Shown: positions 33,389 to 43,426, counted from the first letter of the stretch. The stretch is 64,000 nt of DNA from Clostridiales bacterium (GCA_015069565.1 SVIJ01000001.1:8056-72055), one strand, 5' to 3'. The notes: generated from the sequence alone by a model not told the origin. A program made the numbers and translations.

Positions 33389-34864
33389 ATGAAAAAGAAA
33401 CTGCTTAGTGTATTGCTTGCGCTGTGCGGCGCGTTTGCGTTTACTGCCTGTGGTGGCGGAGATGGCGATAGCGTCGTTCTCGATAACAACTCCACGCCTG
33501 CGGCAAGTATCCCGACGGATTCCACGCCTGCGGACACTACGCCCGCCGAACCCGTCTTGCAGGATATGGATACCGCTTTTTCGGGTGCGAAAATTCTTTG
33601 GGAAAAGAGCCATTTGAGCGCAATGAATTCCCCTATCAAAACTTTCGAAGAAATCGTAGACCAACAGCTTGAACTTTTGGCGCAGGATTTAATCTACCGT
33701 CTTACGTATGTGTATGGGTACAATGAAACAGTACCTGTTCGACAATATATTCCTGTGACGCAACCATTAATGGTCAACGGAACGGAGTTGTCATGGAATG
33801 GTTATCCAGCAGAAATCGAAAGTGGGAAGTTGCTCGTAAATACTGGGGCTTCAAAACATGACGTTACTCATACCGTGAGCACTATGCACGTGGATTGCTT
33901 GTATTGCTATCAAACGTCCTTAGTTGAATACAATAATAATGCAAATCGTTTTCACCATACGTCTAATTTTTATTTATCTGGCGCAATGGAGGGAAGATAT
34001 TATAGCGCGGGCGCATTGGATAATGATGAACTTTCCGATACGAGCGTTCCCGAAAAAAAGTGGATTTATTCTTTGGATATAACCACTTATGAAAGTTACC
34101 TAAACTCCTACAAAAATAATTTCAAAATGGCTTTGCTGGAAATTGCAGGGAATAAAACGGTAACGGGTGATTATAGCGACGATGTATATCAAAATTTATT
34201 GCAATCTGTCAACACGTTTTTTATAGATGAAACAAAAGTTGCTGAATATATCTTATCAAAGGTCATTGGATCGAATTTGGTGGAATTTGACGAAGCTGTT
34301 TATGCTCAAAACTTTACAGACGCAGCAAATAAAATTTGTCGGTCTAAGTTTGGGGATATCGCGATATTTGGCGAATATGCTCCCCATTATTATAAGGCGT
34401 ATAAAAAGGTAATTCCTGCGATTGTGGAACAGGCGCTTGCGAACACCTTTGAAAATACGGACGTTTGTATCTATCCCGTGGTGAATAGATATGCCGTAAA
34501 TACAATCAATCATTATCAAATCGGCGGATCGTCGACGATGCGCGAAGCGGTGCTGATGCCCAAGGCGGGTGAAGTGGGAACGCTTACGGTCTTCGTGGAA
34601 GGAAATGAAGACTTTACGCTTTCCTACGACGTGTCGGTAAACGGCGTTGTGACGAGCAAGACTGTACAGGTCGTTTTGACGGACGGCAAAGCAACAGTGG
34701 ATTTGGATATTTCCGAAACGTTTGGCGCGTATAACGGAAACACGAACTCTTACACGGATGACTACATATACGGAAATTCGGGCGTGGATAGCCATGGTGA
34801 TAATTATATCGTATTTTACTACGATCGCGAAGATATGCACCTGTGGTTTAAGGGTGTGAAGTAA
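33389..34864 (+). CDS. Hypothetical lipoprotein (491 aa), AT-rich cassette gene
   Basis: RBS AAAGGAGAGG. Signal plus lipobox (AFAFTAC-GGGDGD). The central part is visibly AT-richer than its neighbours. Confidence 0.75.
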   Translation: MKKKLLSVLLALCGAFAFTACGGGDGDSVVLDNNSTPAASIPTDSTPADTTPAEPVLQDMDTAFSGAKILWEKSHLSAMNSPIKTFEEIVDQQLELLAQDLIYRLTYVYGYNETVPVRQYIPVTQPLMVNGTELSWNGYPAEIESGKLLVNTGASKHDVTHTVSTMHVDCLYCYQTSLVEYNNNANRFHHTSNFYLSGAMEGRYYSAGALDNDELSDTSVPEKKWIYSLDITTYESYLNSYKNNFKMALLEIAGNKTVTGDYSDDVYQNLLQSVNTFFIDETKVAEYILSKVIGSNLVEFDEAVYAQNFTDAANKICRSKFGDIAIFGEYAPHYYKAYKKVIPAIVEQALANTFENTDVCIYPVVNRYAVNTINHYQIGGSSTMREAVLMPKAGEVGTLTVFVEGNEDFTLSYDVSVNGVVTSKTVQVVLTDGKATVDLDISETFGAYNGNTNSYTDDYIYGNSGVDSHGDNYIVFYYDREDMHLWFKGVK

Positions 34865-34953
34865 AAAACAAAATAAAAGGGGCAGGTATGCGTTGAAAGG
34901 CGTACTTGCTTTTTTTTGTGTAAAGCAGGGGAAGCGTTTCTGGGGGAACGGTT

Positions 34954-35329
34954 GAGATCCTTCGGCTACGCTCAGGATGACAAAGTGGGGGTGCTCAGGA
35001 TGACGAAGTGGGGCGCTCGGGATAGGGGCGGGGGCTTGCTCCCGCCGATTGTAGGGACAGGCGTCTCCGACTGTTCGAAAAAGTGAATTGAACGCTATGC
35101 GTTCGTGAATTGAAATCTACGATTTCGTGAATTGTCGCTTGCGCGACGTGAATTGTTTGCCGATGGCAAACGTTGTGGTAGAATTTCAATTTTTCCATAA
35201 CGCAAGGCAGAGCCTTGCAATTCACGACGGCTGTGCCGTCAATTCACGCGTTTGAAAAACGCAATTCGCGATTGCTGTAAGCAATCAATTCACTTTGCCG
35301 CTTGCCGTATGAGATCCTTCGGCTACGCT
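34954..35329. repeat. Hairpin-array element, copy C (GAGATCC module + GC hairpin + core 35083..35293)
   Basis: Direct repeat of copy B, offset by exactly 2050 bp. Confidence 0.9.
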
Positions 35330-35385
35330 AATGTATAATTTTTTATAAAAATTACAAAAAATGCTAAAAAGGTGGGTGAAATCGG

Positions 35386-35414
35386 TTGATTTTAACCCGC
35401 CTTTATGCTAAAAT
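35386..35414 (+). promoter_or_regulatory. Promoter of rpsB-tsf
   Basis: TTGATT, 17-nt spacer, TAAAAT. Confidence 0.5.
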
Positions 35415-35531
35415 GGAAAGGCTGAAATTCACACTCGCAATCTGCGCGTAATCCGTGTCCGTAAATTTTTTTCATGCGGACGTCGTATACGAGCCAACGC
35501 AGACCGAGGAGGAAAAACGGAGGTATGAATT

Positions 35532-36284
35532 ATGGCAGTTATCACTATGAAGCAGCTCTTGGAAGCAGGCGTACACTTCGGTCACCAGACCAGAAGATGG
35601 AACCCCAAAATGAAGAAGTACATCTTCGCGGCAAGAAACGACATTCACATCATCGACTTGCAACTCACCGCTAACTTGATCGAAGAAGCGTACAAGTTCG
35701 TTGTGGAAAGCGTTAAGGCAGGCAAGTCCGTTCTCTTCGTTGGTACGAAGAAGCAGGCGCAAGATGCAATCAAGGAAGAAGCAGAACGTTGCGGTATGTA
35801 CTACGTCAACTCTCGTTGGCTTGGCGGTTGCCTTACCAACTTCAAGACGATGAGAAGCCGCGTTGAACGCCTTGAAAAGCTTGAAGCTATGGAAGCTAAC
35901 GGCGATTTCGATCTGCTCCCCAAGAAGGAAGTTATGCTCCTTAAAAAGGAAATGGGCAAGTTGCAGGCAAACCTTGGCGGTATCAAGAAGATGAAGAATA
36001 TGCCCGGCGTTATGTTCGTGGTTGACCCCCACAACGAAGATATCGCTATCAAGGAAGCAAAGAAGCTTGGCATCAAGATCGTTGCGATCACCGATACCAA
36101 CTGCGATCCCGATGAAATCGACTACGTAATCCCCGGCAACGACGACGCTATCCGCGCAATCAAGCTCATCTCTTCCGTAATTGCAAACGCAGTTATCGAA
36201 GCAAACCAGGGCGAAGAAGCGGTGGCAGCTCCCGTTGAAGAAGCAGTTGCAGAAGAAGCAGTAGCGGCGGAAGAAAACGCGTAA
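35532..36284 (+). CDS. rpsB: 30S ribosomal protein S2
   Basis: [22 protein letters not shown]. Confidence 0.95.
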   Translation: MAVITMKQLLEAGVHFGHQTRRWNPKMKKYIFAARNDIHIIDLQLTANLIEEAYKFVVESVKAGKSVLFVGTKKQAQDAIKEEAERCGMYYVNSRWLGGCLTNFKTMRSRVERLEKLEAMEANGDFDLLPKKEVMLLKKEMGKLQANLGGIKKMKNMPGVMFVVDPHNEDIAIKEAKKLGIKIVAITDTNCDPDEIDYVIPGNDDAIRAIKLISSVIANAVIEANQGEEAVAAPVEEAVAEEAVAAEENA

Positions 36285-36332
36285 GCTTTGCTTAAATCAG
36301 AAAAATCATAGAAAGATAAGGAGAATAGAATT

Positions 36333-37225
36333 ATGGCATTCACGGCTAAAGACGTAATGGCGCTCCGTGCAAGAACGGACGCTGGCGTAATGGATTGCAA
36401 AAAGGCTCTTACCGACGCTGACGGCGATATGGATAAGGCGGCAGACCTTTTGAGAGAAAGAGGTATCGCAAAGGCGGCTAAGAAGGCTTCCCGTATTGCG
36501 GCGGAAGGTATCGTTGCTTCTTACGTAGAAGGCAACGTGGGCGTATTGCTCGAAATCAACTGCGAATCCGACTTCGTTGCAAAGAATCCCCAGTTCGCGG
36601 AAATCGCAAACGTAATCGCAAAGGTTATCGTTGCTTGCGATCCTGCTGACGTAGACGCTTTGCTTGCTTGCGAAGTTCCTGGCGAAGGCTCGGTGGAAGA
36701 TTACTTGAAGAGCAAGATCGCTGTTATCGGCGAAAAGATTGCTGTTCGTCGTTTCACGAAGTACGTTTCGAACGGCTTCATCGCTACCTACATTCACTTG
36801 GGTGGCAAGCTCGGCGTTATGCTCGATATGAACGGCGAAAACACCGAAGAAGCTGCGGCGGTTGCGCACGACATCACCTTGCAGGTTGCATTCACGAAGC
36901 CTACCTATCTTACGAAGGATCAGGTTTCCGAAGAAGCGCTTGAAAAGGAAAAGGCTGTATTGAAGCAGCAGGCAATCAACGAAGGCAAGCCCGAAGCAAT
37001 CGCTGAAAAGATGGTTATGGGTAGAATCAAGAAGTACTACGAAGAAAACTGTCTTGTAGAACAGGCGTTCATTAAGGACGACAGCGTGAAGATTGCTGAC
37101 CTTTTGAAGAAGGGCAACGTGACCATCGCAAACTGCGTATTCTACGTAATGGGCGAGGCCTTGAAAAGAAGAGCGAAGACCTTAGCGAAGAAGTTGCAAA
37201 GCAAGTTGCGGCTATGAAGAACTAA
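36333..37225 (+). CDS. tsf: Elongation factor Ts (apparent 1-nt frameshift near the 3' end)
   Basis: MAFTAKDVMALRARTDAGVMDCKKAL. The listed ORF ends at 37217 with a non-canonical tail. The canonical tail LEKKSEDLSEEVAKQVAAMKN* lies in the +2 frame and ends at 37225. Confidence 0.9.
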
Positions 37226-37249
37226 GTCTTTCGCAAACAAACGAAAAGA

Positions 37250-37283
37250 AAAACTCACGGAAACGTTCCGTGAGTTTTTTGTT
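37250..37283. terminator. Bidirectional intrinsic terminator
   Basis: CTCACGG-AAACGTT-CCGTGAG followed by T6. Confidence 0.75.
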
Positions 37284-37286
37284 TTT

Positions 37287-37496
37287 TTAGATAGAAAAAA
37301 GCTCGTTGGGGGTAACTTCGTAGATTTGACACAGAAATAGAATTTGTTGGTAATTCAATTCAAATACTCCGTTTTCAAACCGACTGTATTGCTGTTGTGT
37401 CATTCCCATTTTTGCCGCAACTTCTTTTTGAGTGAAACCTTTGAATTTGCGCGCTTCTTTTAAATTATTACCGATCTTTTTGCTTAAACATTCCAT
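37287..37496 (-). CDS. XRE-family HTH regulator (69 aa)
   Basis: MECLSKKIGNNLKEARKFKGFTQKEVAAKMGMTQQQYSRFENG. Internal start at 37496 preferred over the listed 37664. Confidence 0.75.
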   Translation of the reverse strand: MECLSKKIGNNLKEARKFKGFTQKEVAAKMGMTQQQYSRFENGVFELNYQQILFLCQIYEVTPNELFSI

Positions 37497-37592
37497 ACGA
37501 AAAAAACATACCACAAAATGATGTAAAAGTCTTGACATACAACACAAAGTGATGTATAATAACAACAAGGAAAATGATAAAGTGAGGTTGCT

Positions 37593-38723
37593 ATGGAAGA
37601 AAATAAGGATTTGGAGTACGTGGAAGAGGAAACTACCGCAGAGGAAATTGCGCTTGCCGATCAAATGGGAGAATGCTTGCTGAAAGTATGGAAACTGGTC
37701 GGGTGCTTTGTGGCGGGGTGGATCGCTATGATGATCGGAATGACTTTGATCGATTATCGTGTAGATCAGTTCGCAATAGGTATCGTCTTTTTCATCGGCG
37801 GCGTTGCGTTGATGCCCCTGCCGAGCGTTATGCTGTTATGGGGCGGTGCAGGGTTTAGAGAATTATTTGATACCGATTATTTCATTGAAACGACTTATGC
37901 AGACGGACGAAAAACGGTGCAATTTGACGGTTCGATGACGTTTGCGAGTAAAATTGCCACTTTAGCGGTCGCTTTTTTGGCTGGTTTCATAATCACTCCC
38001 ATCCGTATCGTGATTGGTGTAATCAGTTTCCAAAAGGCGAAAAAAGAGTTGGGGATAGAAAAATTGCCAATCAAAGAAGACGTTAAATTCCCGTTCTTGG
38101 TGGCGATTTTGGCGTTCGTTGTGGGCTGCGTGCTGAATCTTGCCGTCACGAATATTGCAGGGGCGGTGCAGGACAAACAGATGCACACAGGTGATTACAC
38201 GGCGGAGGAAACGCTGGAAATCGTGGAGGGTTGGAAGAATTCAATGGCGGAACAATCCTTTTCGTATCGTGTCAATGGGAGTTGGTTGGAGGAAGGCAAT
38301 CTTTGTATCATTGACGTCAATTATGATAGGGGCGTGTACGCATTTACTGTCAGCAAAGCCAACAAGGGTGCAAGTGATAGAGTGTTCACGGAAGCGGATT
38401 CCCCGTTGCCTTTCGGTGTGTATTTGTATGAGGACGGCGAGTGGTCGCAAAACGCAAATTCTTTGTCGATAGACCAAAAGAGATTACTCAAGAGTTGCAC
38501 CTTGGACGCATATTTTGAAGCGTTCACGAGCCGTGAAACGATATTGAAGAATAATTCGTTTATGGGCGAAGAAGGTTATCGCCTTATGGTATATTATGAT
38601 TGGAATGGCGAAGAAAAATGTATGTTCTGGGAAGTTTACAAAAATGGTAATAGACCTTACCGAATCAACGGTTACGAAGGCTTGGGAGAGCTTTACGGTT
38701 CGGGTGACATTATGTTTGACTGA
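37593..38723 (+). CDS. Hypothetical 4-TM membrane protein with a soluble C-terminal domain (376 aa)
   Basis: Divergent from the XRE gene. Hydrophobic segments at about aa 35-85 and 120-190. I recognise no motif. Confidence 0.6.
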   Translation: MEENKDLEYVEEETTAEEIALADQMGECLLKVWKLVGCFVAGWIAMMIGMTLIDYRVDQFAIGIVFFIGGVALMPLPSVMLLWGGAGFRELFDTDYFIETTYADGRKTVQFDGSMTFASKIATLAVAFLAGFIITPIRIVIGVISFQKAKKELGIEKLPIKEDVKFPFLVAILAFVVGCVLNLAVTNIAGAVQDKQMHTGDYTAEETLEIVEGWKNSMAEQSFSYRVNGSWLEEGNLCIIDVNYDRGVYAFTVSKANKGASDRVFTEADSPLPFGVYLYEDGEWSQNANSLSIDQKRLLKSCTLDAYFEAFTSRETILKNNSFMGEEGYRLMVYYDWNGEEKCMFWEVYKNGNRPYRINGYEGLGELYGSGDIMFD

Positions 38724-38753
38724 TTGAGTAGGATATTGTAGGGTGAAAAGTGA

Positions 38754-38790
38754 GAAGCGTGCGAATGAGTTCCGCACGCTTCGTTGTTTT
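38754..38790 (+). terminator. Intrinsic terminator
   Basis: GAAGCGTGCG-(9 nt)-CGCACGCTTC followed by a T-rich tail. Confidence 0.6.
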
Positions 38791-38939
38791 ACAAAAAAAG
38801 TTTGATTTTTCGTCTACTTTTTTGCAAAATAGTATAGATTTTTTTTGCAATATATGGTACAATAGTTTAGAGCGTGCAAAATGCAAAAATGCGTAGTCTT
38901 TTTGCGCCGCTTACCCAACAAACAAAAAAGGAGAACGGT

Positions 38940-39647
38940 ATGCAACCTAAATACAAAAGAGTGCTTTTGAAACTCTCTGGCGAAGCCTTAGCAGGCGATC
39001 AGCGTTTCGGGCTCAATCACGAAGTGATTGCCCCTGTCGTAAAACAAATCGTCGAGCTTCACAACATGGGGGTGCAGGTCGGCTTGGTAATCGGCGGTGG
39101 CAACTTCTGGCGCGGACGTCAGGGCACGAATATGGATCGAACGACTGCCGATCAAATGGGCATGCTTGCGACGGTTATGAACTCGCTTGCGATGATGGAC
39201 GCAATCGAACAATACGGCGTGCCTGTACGCGTACAGACGGCGTTGGATATGATTTCCCTTGCAGAGCCGTTCATTCTGCGTAAAGCCCTTCGCCATTTTG
39301 AAATGGGGCGCATCGTGATCTTTGCTTGCGGTACGGGCAACCCGTATTGCTCGACGGATACGGCGGCGGCGCTTCGCGCTTGCGAAATCGACGCGGATAT
39401 TCTGCTCATGGCGAAGAACGTCGACGGGATCTATGATTCCGATCCCAAAACCAACCCCGACGCGAAGAAGTATGAGTCGCTCAAATACGCCGACATCATC
39501 AACCGCGGTTTGAAGGTGATCGACTTTACGGCGGCGACCATGTGTATGGAAAACAACGTGCCGACCTTGGCGTTTGGGCTCAATGAAGAGAACTCGATTG
39601 TGCGTGCGGTTTGCGGCGAGCATCTCGGTACGCTCATTTCCGTATAA
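38940..39647 (+). CDS. pyrH: UMP kinase
   Basis: RBS AAAGGAGAA. YKRVLLKLSGEAL...GGGNFWRG. Confidence 0.95.
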   Translation: MQPKYKRVLLKLSGEALAGDQRFGLNHEVIAPVVKQIVELHNMGVQVGLVIGGGNFWRGRQGTNMDRTTADQMGMLATVMNSLAMMDAIEQYGVPVRVQTALDMISLAEPFILRKALRHFEMGRIVIFACGTGNPYCSTDTAAALRACEIDADILLMAKNVDGIYDSDPKTNPDAKKYESLKYADIINRGLKVIDFTAATMCMENNVPTLAFGLNEENSIVRAVCGEHLGTLISV

Positions 39648-39691
39648 ATAGCGGAAAACCTTTGATAGAATAATATTAGGAGAATGGAAAA

Positions 39692-40264
39692 ATGATCGAA
39701 AACGAAAAGATTGAAGAGATGATGTTTGAACTGGAAGAAAGAGCGGAAAAGACCTTGAACGCTTTGGAAAACGAATACGGCGCAATCCGTGCGGGCAGAG
39801 CGAACCCGAAGATTTTGGATCGTATCGAAGTGGAAGCATACGGCGGTATGTCCCGTTTGATCGAGCTTGGCAACGTTTCCGCACTTGACGCTCGTTGCTT
39901 GCAAATCAACCTTTGGGATAAGTCCCTTTTGAAGGCAGTGGAAAAGGCGATTTTGCAATCGAACATCGGTATCAACCCGACCAACGACGGTCAGGTGATC
40001 CGTCTTGTCTTCCCCGTGATGACGGAAGAAAGAAGAAAAGAGCTTGTAAAGCAAATCAAGAAAATGGGCGAAGACGCGAAGGTGCAAATCCGCAACCAAC
40101 GCCGTGATGCGATGGACGTTTTGAAGAAGATGAAGGCGGCAAAAGAGCTTTCCGAAGATATGATTGCGGACTGCGAAGCGGAAGTGGAAAAGTTTATTTC
40201 CGCTACCATGACCAAGCTGGAAGGTATCATCGCGGCGAAGGAAAAGGAACTCCTTACCGTTTAA
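39692..40264 (+). CDS. frr: Ribosome recycling factor
   Basis: RAGRANPKILDRIEVEAYG...PVMTEERRKELVK. Confidence 0.95.
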   Translation: MIENEKIEEMMFELEERAEKTLNALENEYGAIRAGRANPKILDRIEVEAYGGMSRLIELGNVSALDARCLQINLWDKSLLKAVEKAILQSNIGINPTNDGQVIRLVFPVMTEERRKELVKQIKKMGEDAKVQIRNQRRDAMDVLKKMKAAKELSEDMIADCEAEVEKFISATMTKLEGIIAAKEKELLTV

Positions 40265-40279
40265 TTTGGGTCTGCCAAG

Positions 40280-40987
40280 ATGAAAATGGAAAAGAAAATC
40301 GGCGTTCCCCGTCACGTTGCCATCATTATGGACGGCAACGGCAGGTGGGCAAAGGCGCGTTTGATGCCCCGTTCGATGGGTCACCAGCATGGCCTTTCCC
40401 GTATGATGGGGCTGTTAGAGCACGCTTACGACGTGGGGGTGGAGTACGTGACCGTATACGCCCTGTCCACGGAAAACCTGAACCGCCCGAAGGAAGAGCT
40501 GAACGGCCTGTACGATCTTGTACGCAACCGCTTTTTGGAAGGGATTCGCAAGATTTGTAGCAAGGGCGTTCGTCTTCGCGTGATCGGGGAAACGGAGCTC
40601 TTGCCGCAGGACATTCAAGAGATTATCCGCAAAGCGGAAGAAGAAACCGCGCACTTTGTGGGAAGAGAAGTGAACGTTGCCCTTGCCTACGGCTCGCGCG
40701 CGGAGATTGTCCGCGCGGCGAAGGACGTGCTTGCGGCAGGGGAAGAACTGACGGAAGAAGCGATTGCGCGCCGCCTGTACACGCGCGGTCAGCCCGATCC
40801 CGATCTCATCATTCGCACGGGCAAGGAGAAGCGGCTTTCGAATTTCCTGCTCTATCAGGGCGCGTATGCAGAGCTGTATTTTTCCGATAAAATGTTCCCT
40901 GAATTTTCGGATGCGGACTTGGACGAAGCGTTCGCGGAATACGCGCGGCGTACCCGTCGTTTTGGGAAAACGGACGAACAGTTATAA
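40280..40987 (+). CDS. uppS: Isoprenyl transferase (undecaprenyl-diphosphate synthase)
   Basis: PRHVAIIMDGNGRWA...RTGKEKRLSNFLLYQGAYAELYF. Confidence 0.9.
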   Translation: MKMEKKIGVPRHVAIIMDGNGRWAKARLMPRSMGHQHGLSRMMGLLEHAYDVGVEYVTVYALSTENLNRPKEELNGLYDLVRNRFLEGIRKICSKGVRLRVIGETELLPQDIQEIIRKAEEETAHFVGREVNVALAYGSRAEIVRAAKDVLAAGEELTEEAIARRLYTRGQPDPDLIIRTGKEKRLSNFLLYQGAYAELYFSDKMFPEFSDADLDEAFAEYARRTRRFGKTDEQL

Positions 40988-40989
40988 TG

Positions 40990-41265
40990 CTTAGCCGTTC
41001 CAAACCGAATGGAAACAGCCTTAAAACGTTATTTTTCGCAGCTTAGGGCGTTTGCGCCCTTGCAGTATGTCGATACGGCGGCGGTCGCCACCGCCCAAAT
41101 CCATCGCAAAATCCCTGTTTTAAGGTGCTCGCAGTTTTCACGAGCGTAAAAGACCTTAAATGGAGGAATTGCCGCGTAGGAATACGTCCGTATTGCAGGC
41201 ATCCTGTACAGTTTGGGGCTTTTACGCCGTAAAAACCTGGTTCAATTCGGTTTGGAACGGCTAAG
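40990..41265. mobile_element. MITE-like element (276 bp) with perfect 21-bp terminal inverted repeats
   Basis: CTTAGCCGTTCCAAACCGAAT at 40990..41010 and its exact reverse complement at 41245..41265. No ORF inside. Lies between uppS and cdsA. Confidence 0.65.
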
Positions 41266-41329
41266 ATAGGCTAATTTTATAAAAACATGGGGGCAGGGTT
41301 GCGATGAACCCTGCTTTCAAAGGATTATT

Positions 41330-42220
41330 ATGAAAAAACGGCTACTTTCAGGCGCTGTGTATACCGCTTTGCTGGTGAGCGTCTTCTTGATAAAAATATT
41401 CGCGCCTACGCCTTGGGGGGATTTGGGCTTCGACGCCCTGATTTACTTCTTCTCGCTGATGGGTACGTTTGAAATCGTGCGCGCGATGGGGGACGGGATT
41501 TCCAAGTCGGGAAAGAGCGTCGTCACCCTGTTCACGGTGGTGTGCGTTCCCCTGTGCGTGGTTTGCCAAGTGCTTTGGGGGTACGGCATACAATGCGCGG
41601 CGGCGTGCTTTTTGTTGCAGGCGGCGGCGCTTTTGTCCACGCTTGTCTTTTGCCCTGAAACGAACGATCTAAAATCGGTGGGCGCGGCGCTCCTTTGCGG
41701 TACGTATCCAAACGCTTTTCTTTGTGTTTTGTTGTTGACCAACCACCTTGCGGAATCTTCCGCGTTGGGGGGCTCGCTCCTTGCGATGCTGTTTATTTTC
41801 ATCGTTTCGCCGATTGCGGACGTGTTGGCGTTTACCTTCGGTATGACCTTGCGCAAAAAGTTCCCGAAGAAATTAGCGCCGAAGGCGAGCCCGAACAAAA
41901 CGGTGATCGGCTTTATCGGCGGTTTGCTTGGCGGTGCGATTGCTGGCGCAGGACTTTATTTCGTCTATCATGCAATTTGCGGCGGTTTTGAGAATATGTA
42001 TATACAGTTGCCCGTGTACGTTGTACTGGGGGTATTGATCAGCTTGGTGACCGTCCTTGGGGACTTGGTGGAAAGCTCCATCAAACGCCATTGCGGCGTG
42101 AAGGATATGGGCAATATCATGCCTGGGCACGGCGGCGTGCTCGACCGTATCGACGGCACGATGTTTGCATCGGTGGTTGTGTATGCGGTGTTCACCGTTT
42201 GCGCGTTGCTTGGAATTTAA
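41330..42220 (+). CDS. cdsA: Phosphatidate cytidylyltransferase
   Basis: Polytopic membrane protein. C-terminal signature [28 protein letters not shown]. Confidence 0.85.
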   Translation: MKKRLLSGAVYTALLVSVFLIKIFAPTPWGDLGFDALIYFFSLMGTFEIVRAMGDGISKSGKSVVTLFTVVCVPLCVVCQVLWGYGIQCAAACFLLQAAALLSTLVFCPETNDLKSVGAALLCGTYPNAFLCVLLLTNHLAESSALGGSLLAMLFIFIVSPIADVLAFTFGMTLRKKFPKKLAPKASPNKTVIGFIGGLLGGAIAGAGLYFVYHAICGGFENMYIQLPVYVVLGVLISLVTVLGDLVESSIKRHCGVKDMGNIMPGHGGVLDRIDGTMFASVVVYAVFTVCALLGI

Positions 42221-42276
42221 CTGTTTTACGAAAGAAAGTACCCGACAAGGGTACTTTTTGATAGAAGGAGAAGGGA

Positions 42277-43425
42277 ATGAAAACCATTTCTTTGATTGGC
42301 TCGACGGGCTCGATCGGGCAGCAGGTGCTGTCCGTTGTTCGTCGGCACAGCGATCAATATCAAATCGAGAGTATTGTGGCGAACTCGTCCGCCGAGCTAT
42401 TCTTGGCACAGGTAAAGGAGTTTCAGCCTAAGTATGCCGCACTTGTAGACGAGTCGGCAGGCAGGGCGGTGGCAAGCCAAATCCCTGCGGGGGTGAAGTT
42501 CGGCTACGGCAAGCAGGCGGCGCTGGATGCCATCGCCTACGGTGAAGTGGCGTTTGTGGCGGCGACGGGCTTTGCAGGGCTGGAATATTCCCTTGCGGCA
42601 ATCGTGCAAAGGAAAGCTTTGGCACTTGCCAACAAGGAAACGCTTGTATGCGGCGGTGAGCTGGTAATGAGCGCTTTGAAGGGGGCAGGTACGCGTTTAA
42701 TGCCCGTAGATAGCGAACATTCCGCGCTTTGGCAGGCGCTTTCCTTCCGCACAGACGCGCCTTTCCGCCGTTTGATCATCACGGCGAGCGGCGGCCCGTT
42801 CTACGGGTGGAGCAGGGAGCAGCTGCAAGCGGTCACGCCTGCGTCCGCGCTCAAACATCCGACGTGGAATATGGGCGCAAAGATCACAATCGACAGCGCA
42901 ACCCTGCTCAACAAGGGGCTGGAAGTGATTGAAGCCAAGTGGCTGTACGATTGTCCGCTGGAAAAAATCCATACGGTGGTGCATCCTGAAAGCATCATTC
43001 ATTCGATGGTCGAGTTTGACGACTGCGGCATTTTAGCGCAGATGAGCTATCCGTCGATGGAGCTGCCCATTCAGCTTGCGCTCACTTATCCTGAGCGGCT
43101 CGATTGCGGCTTGAAGCCGCTTGATTTTGAGAAGCTTGGCGCAATCCATTTCAAGCCGCTTCGCAGAAAAGATTTTCCCTGCTATGATTTGGCGTTAAAA
43201 TCCGCCGAACTTGGCGATAATTATCCTTGCGCGATGAACGGCGCGGGGGAAGTGGCGGTGCACGCCTTCCTACGCGGTGAAATCCCTTTCCTTGCCATCG
43301 CGGATACGATCGAGCACGCGCTTGAAAAGACGGAGAGATGGGGTGTGGATAGCTTGGAAACGCTCGTCGAAACGGACCGCGCGGCGCGCGAATACGCAAC
43401 AAATTTTATCAAAGTGAGAGAGTAA
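42277..43425 (+). CDS. dxr: 1-deoxy-D-xylulose 5-phosphate reductoisomerase
   Basis: ISLIGSTGSIGQQVL; LANKETLV; PVDSEHSALWQ. Confidence 0.95.
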   Translation: MKTISLIGSTGSIGQQVLSVVRRHSDQYQIESIVANSSAELFLAQVKEFQPKYAALVDESAGRAVASQIPAGVKFGYGKQAALDAIAYGEVAFVAATGFAGLEYSLAAIVQRKALALANKETLVCGGELVMSALKGAGTRLMPVDSEHSALWQALSFRTDAPFRRLIITASGGPFYGWSREQLQAVTPASALKHPTWNMGAKITIDSATLLNKGLEVIEAKWLYDCPLEKIHTVVHPESIIHSMVEFDDCGILAQMSYPSMELPIQLALTYPERLDCGLKPLDFEKLGAIHFKPLRRKDFPCYDLALKSAELGDNYPCAMNGAGEVAVHAFLRGEIPFLAIADTIEHALEKTERWGVDSLETLVETDRAAREYATNFIKVRE

Positions 43426-43426
43426 A

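Noticed and set aside
32976-35329. An integron-like gene cassette with attC sites flanking the lipoprotein gene.
   Set aside because: - No intI integrase or attI is in the window.
- The central GTTGTGG/CCATAAC does not fit the GTTRRRY/RYYYAAC core.
- The flanking repeats are about 300 bp, far larger than attC sites.
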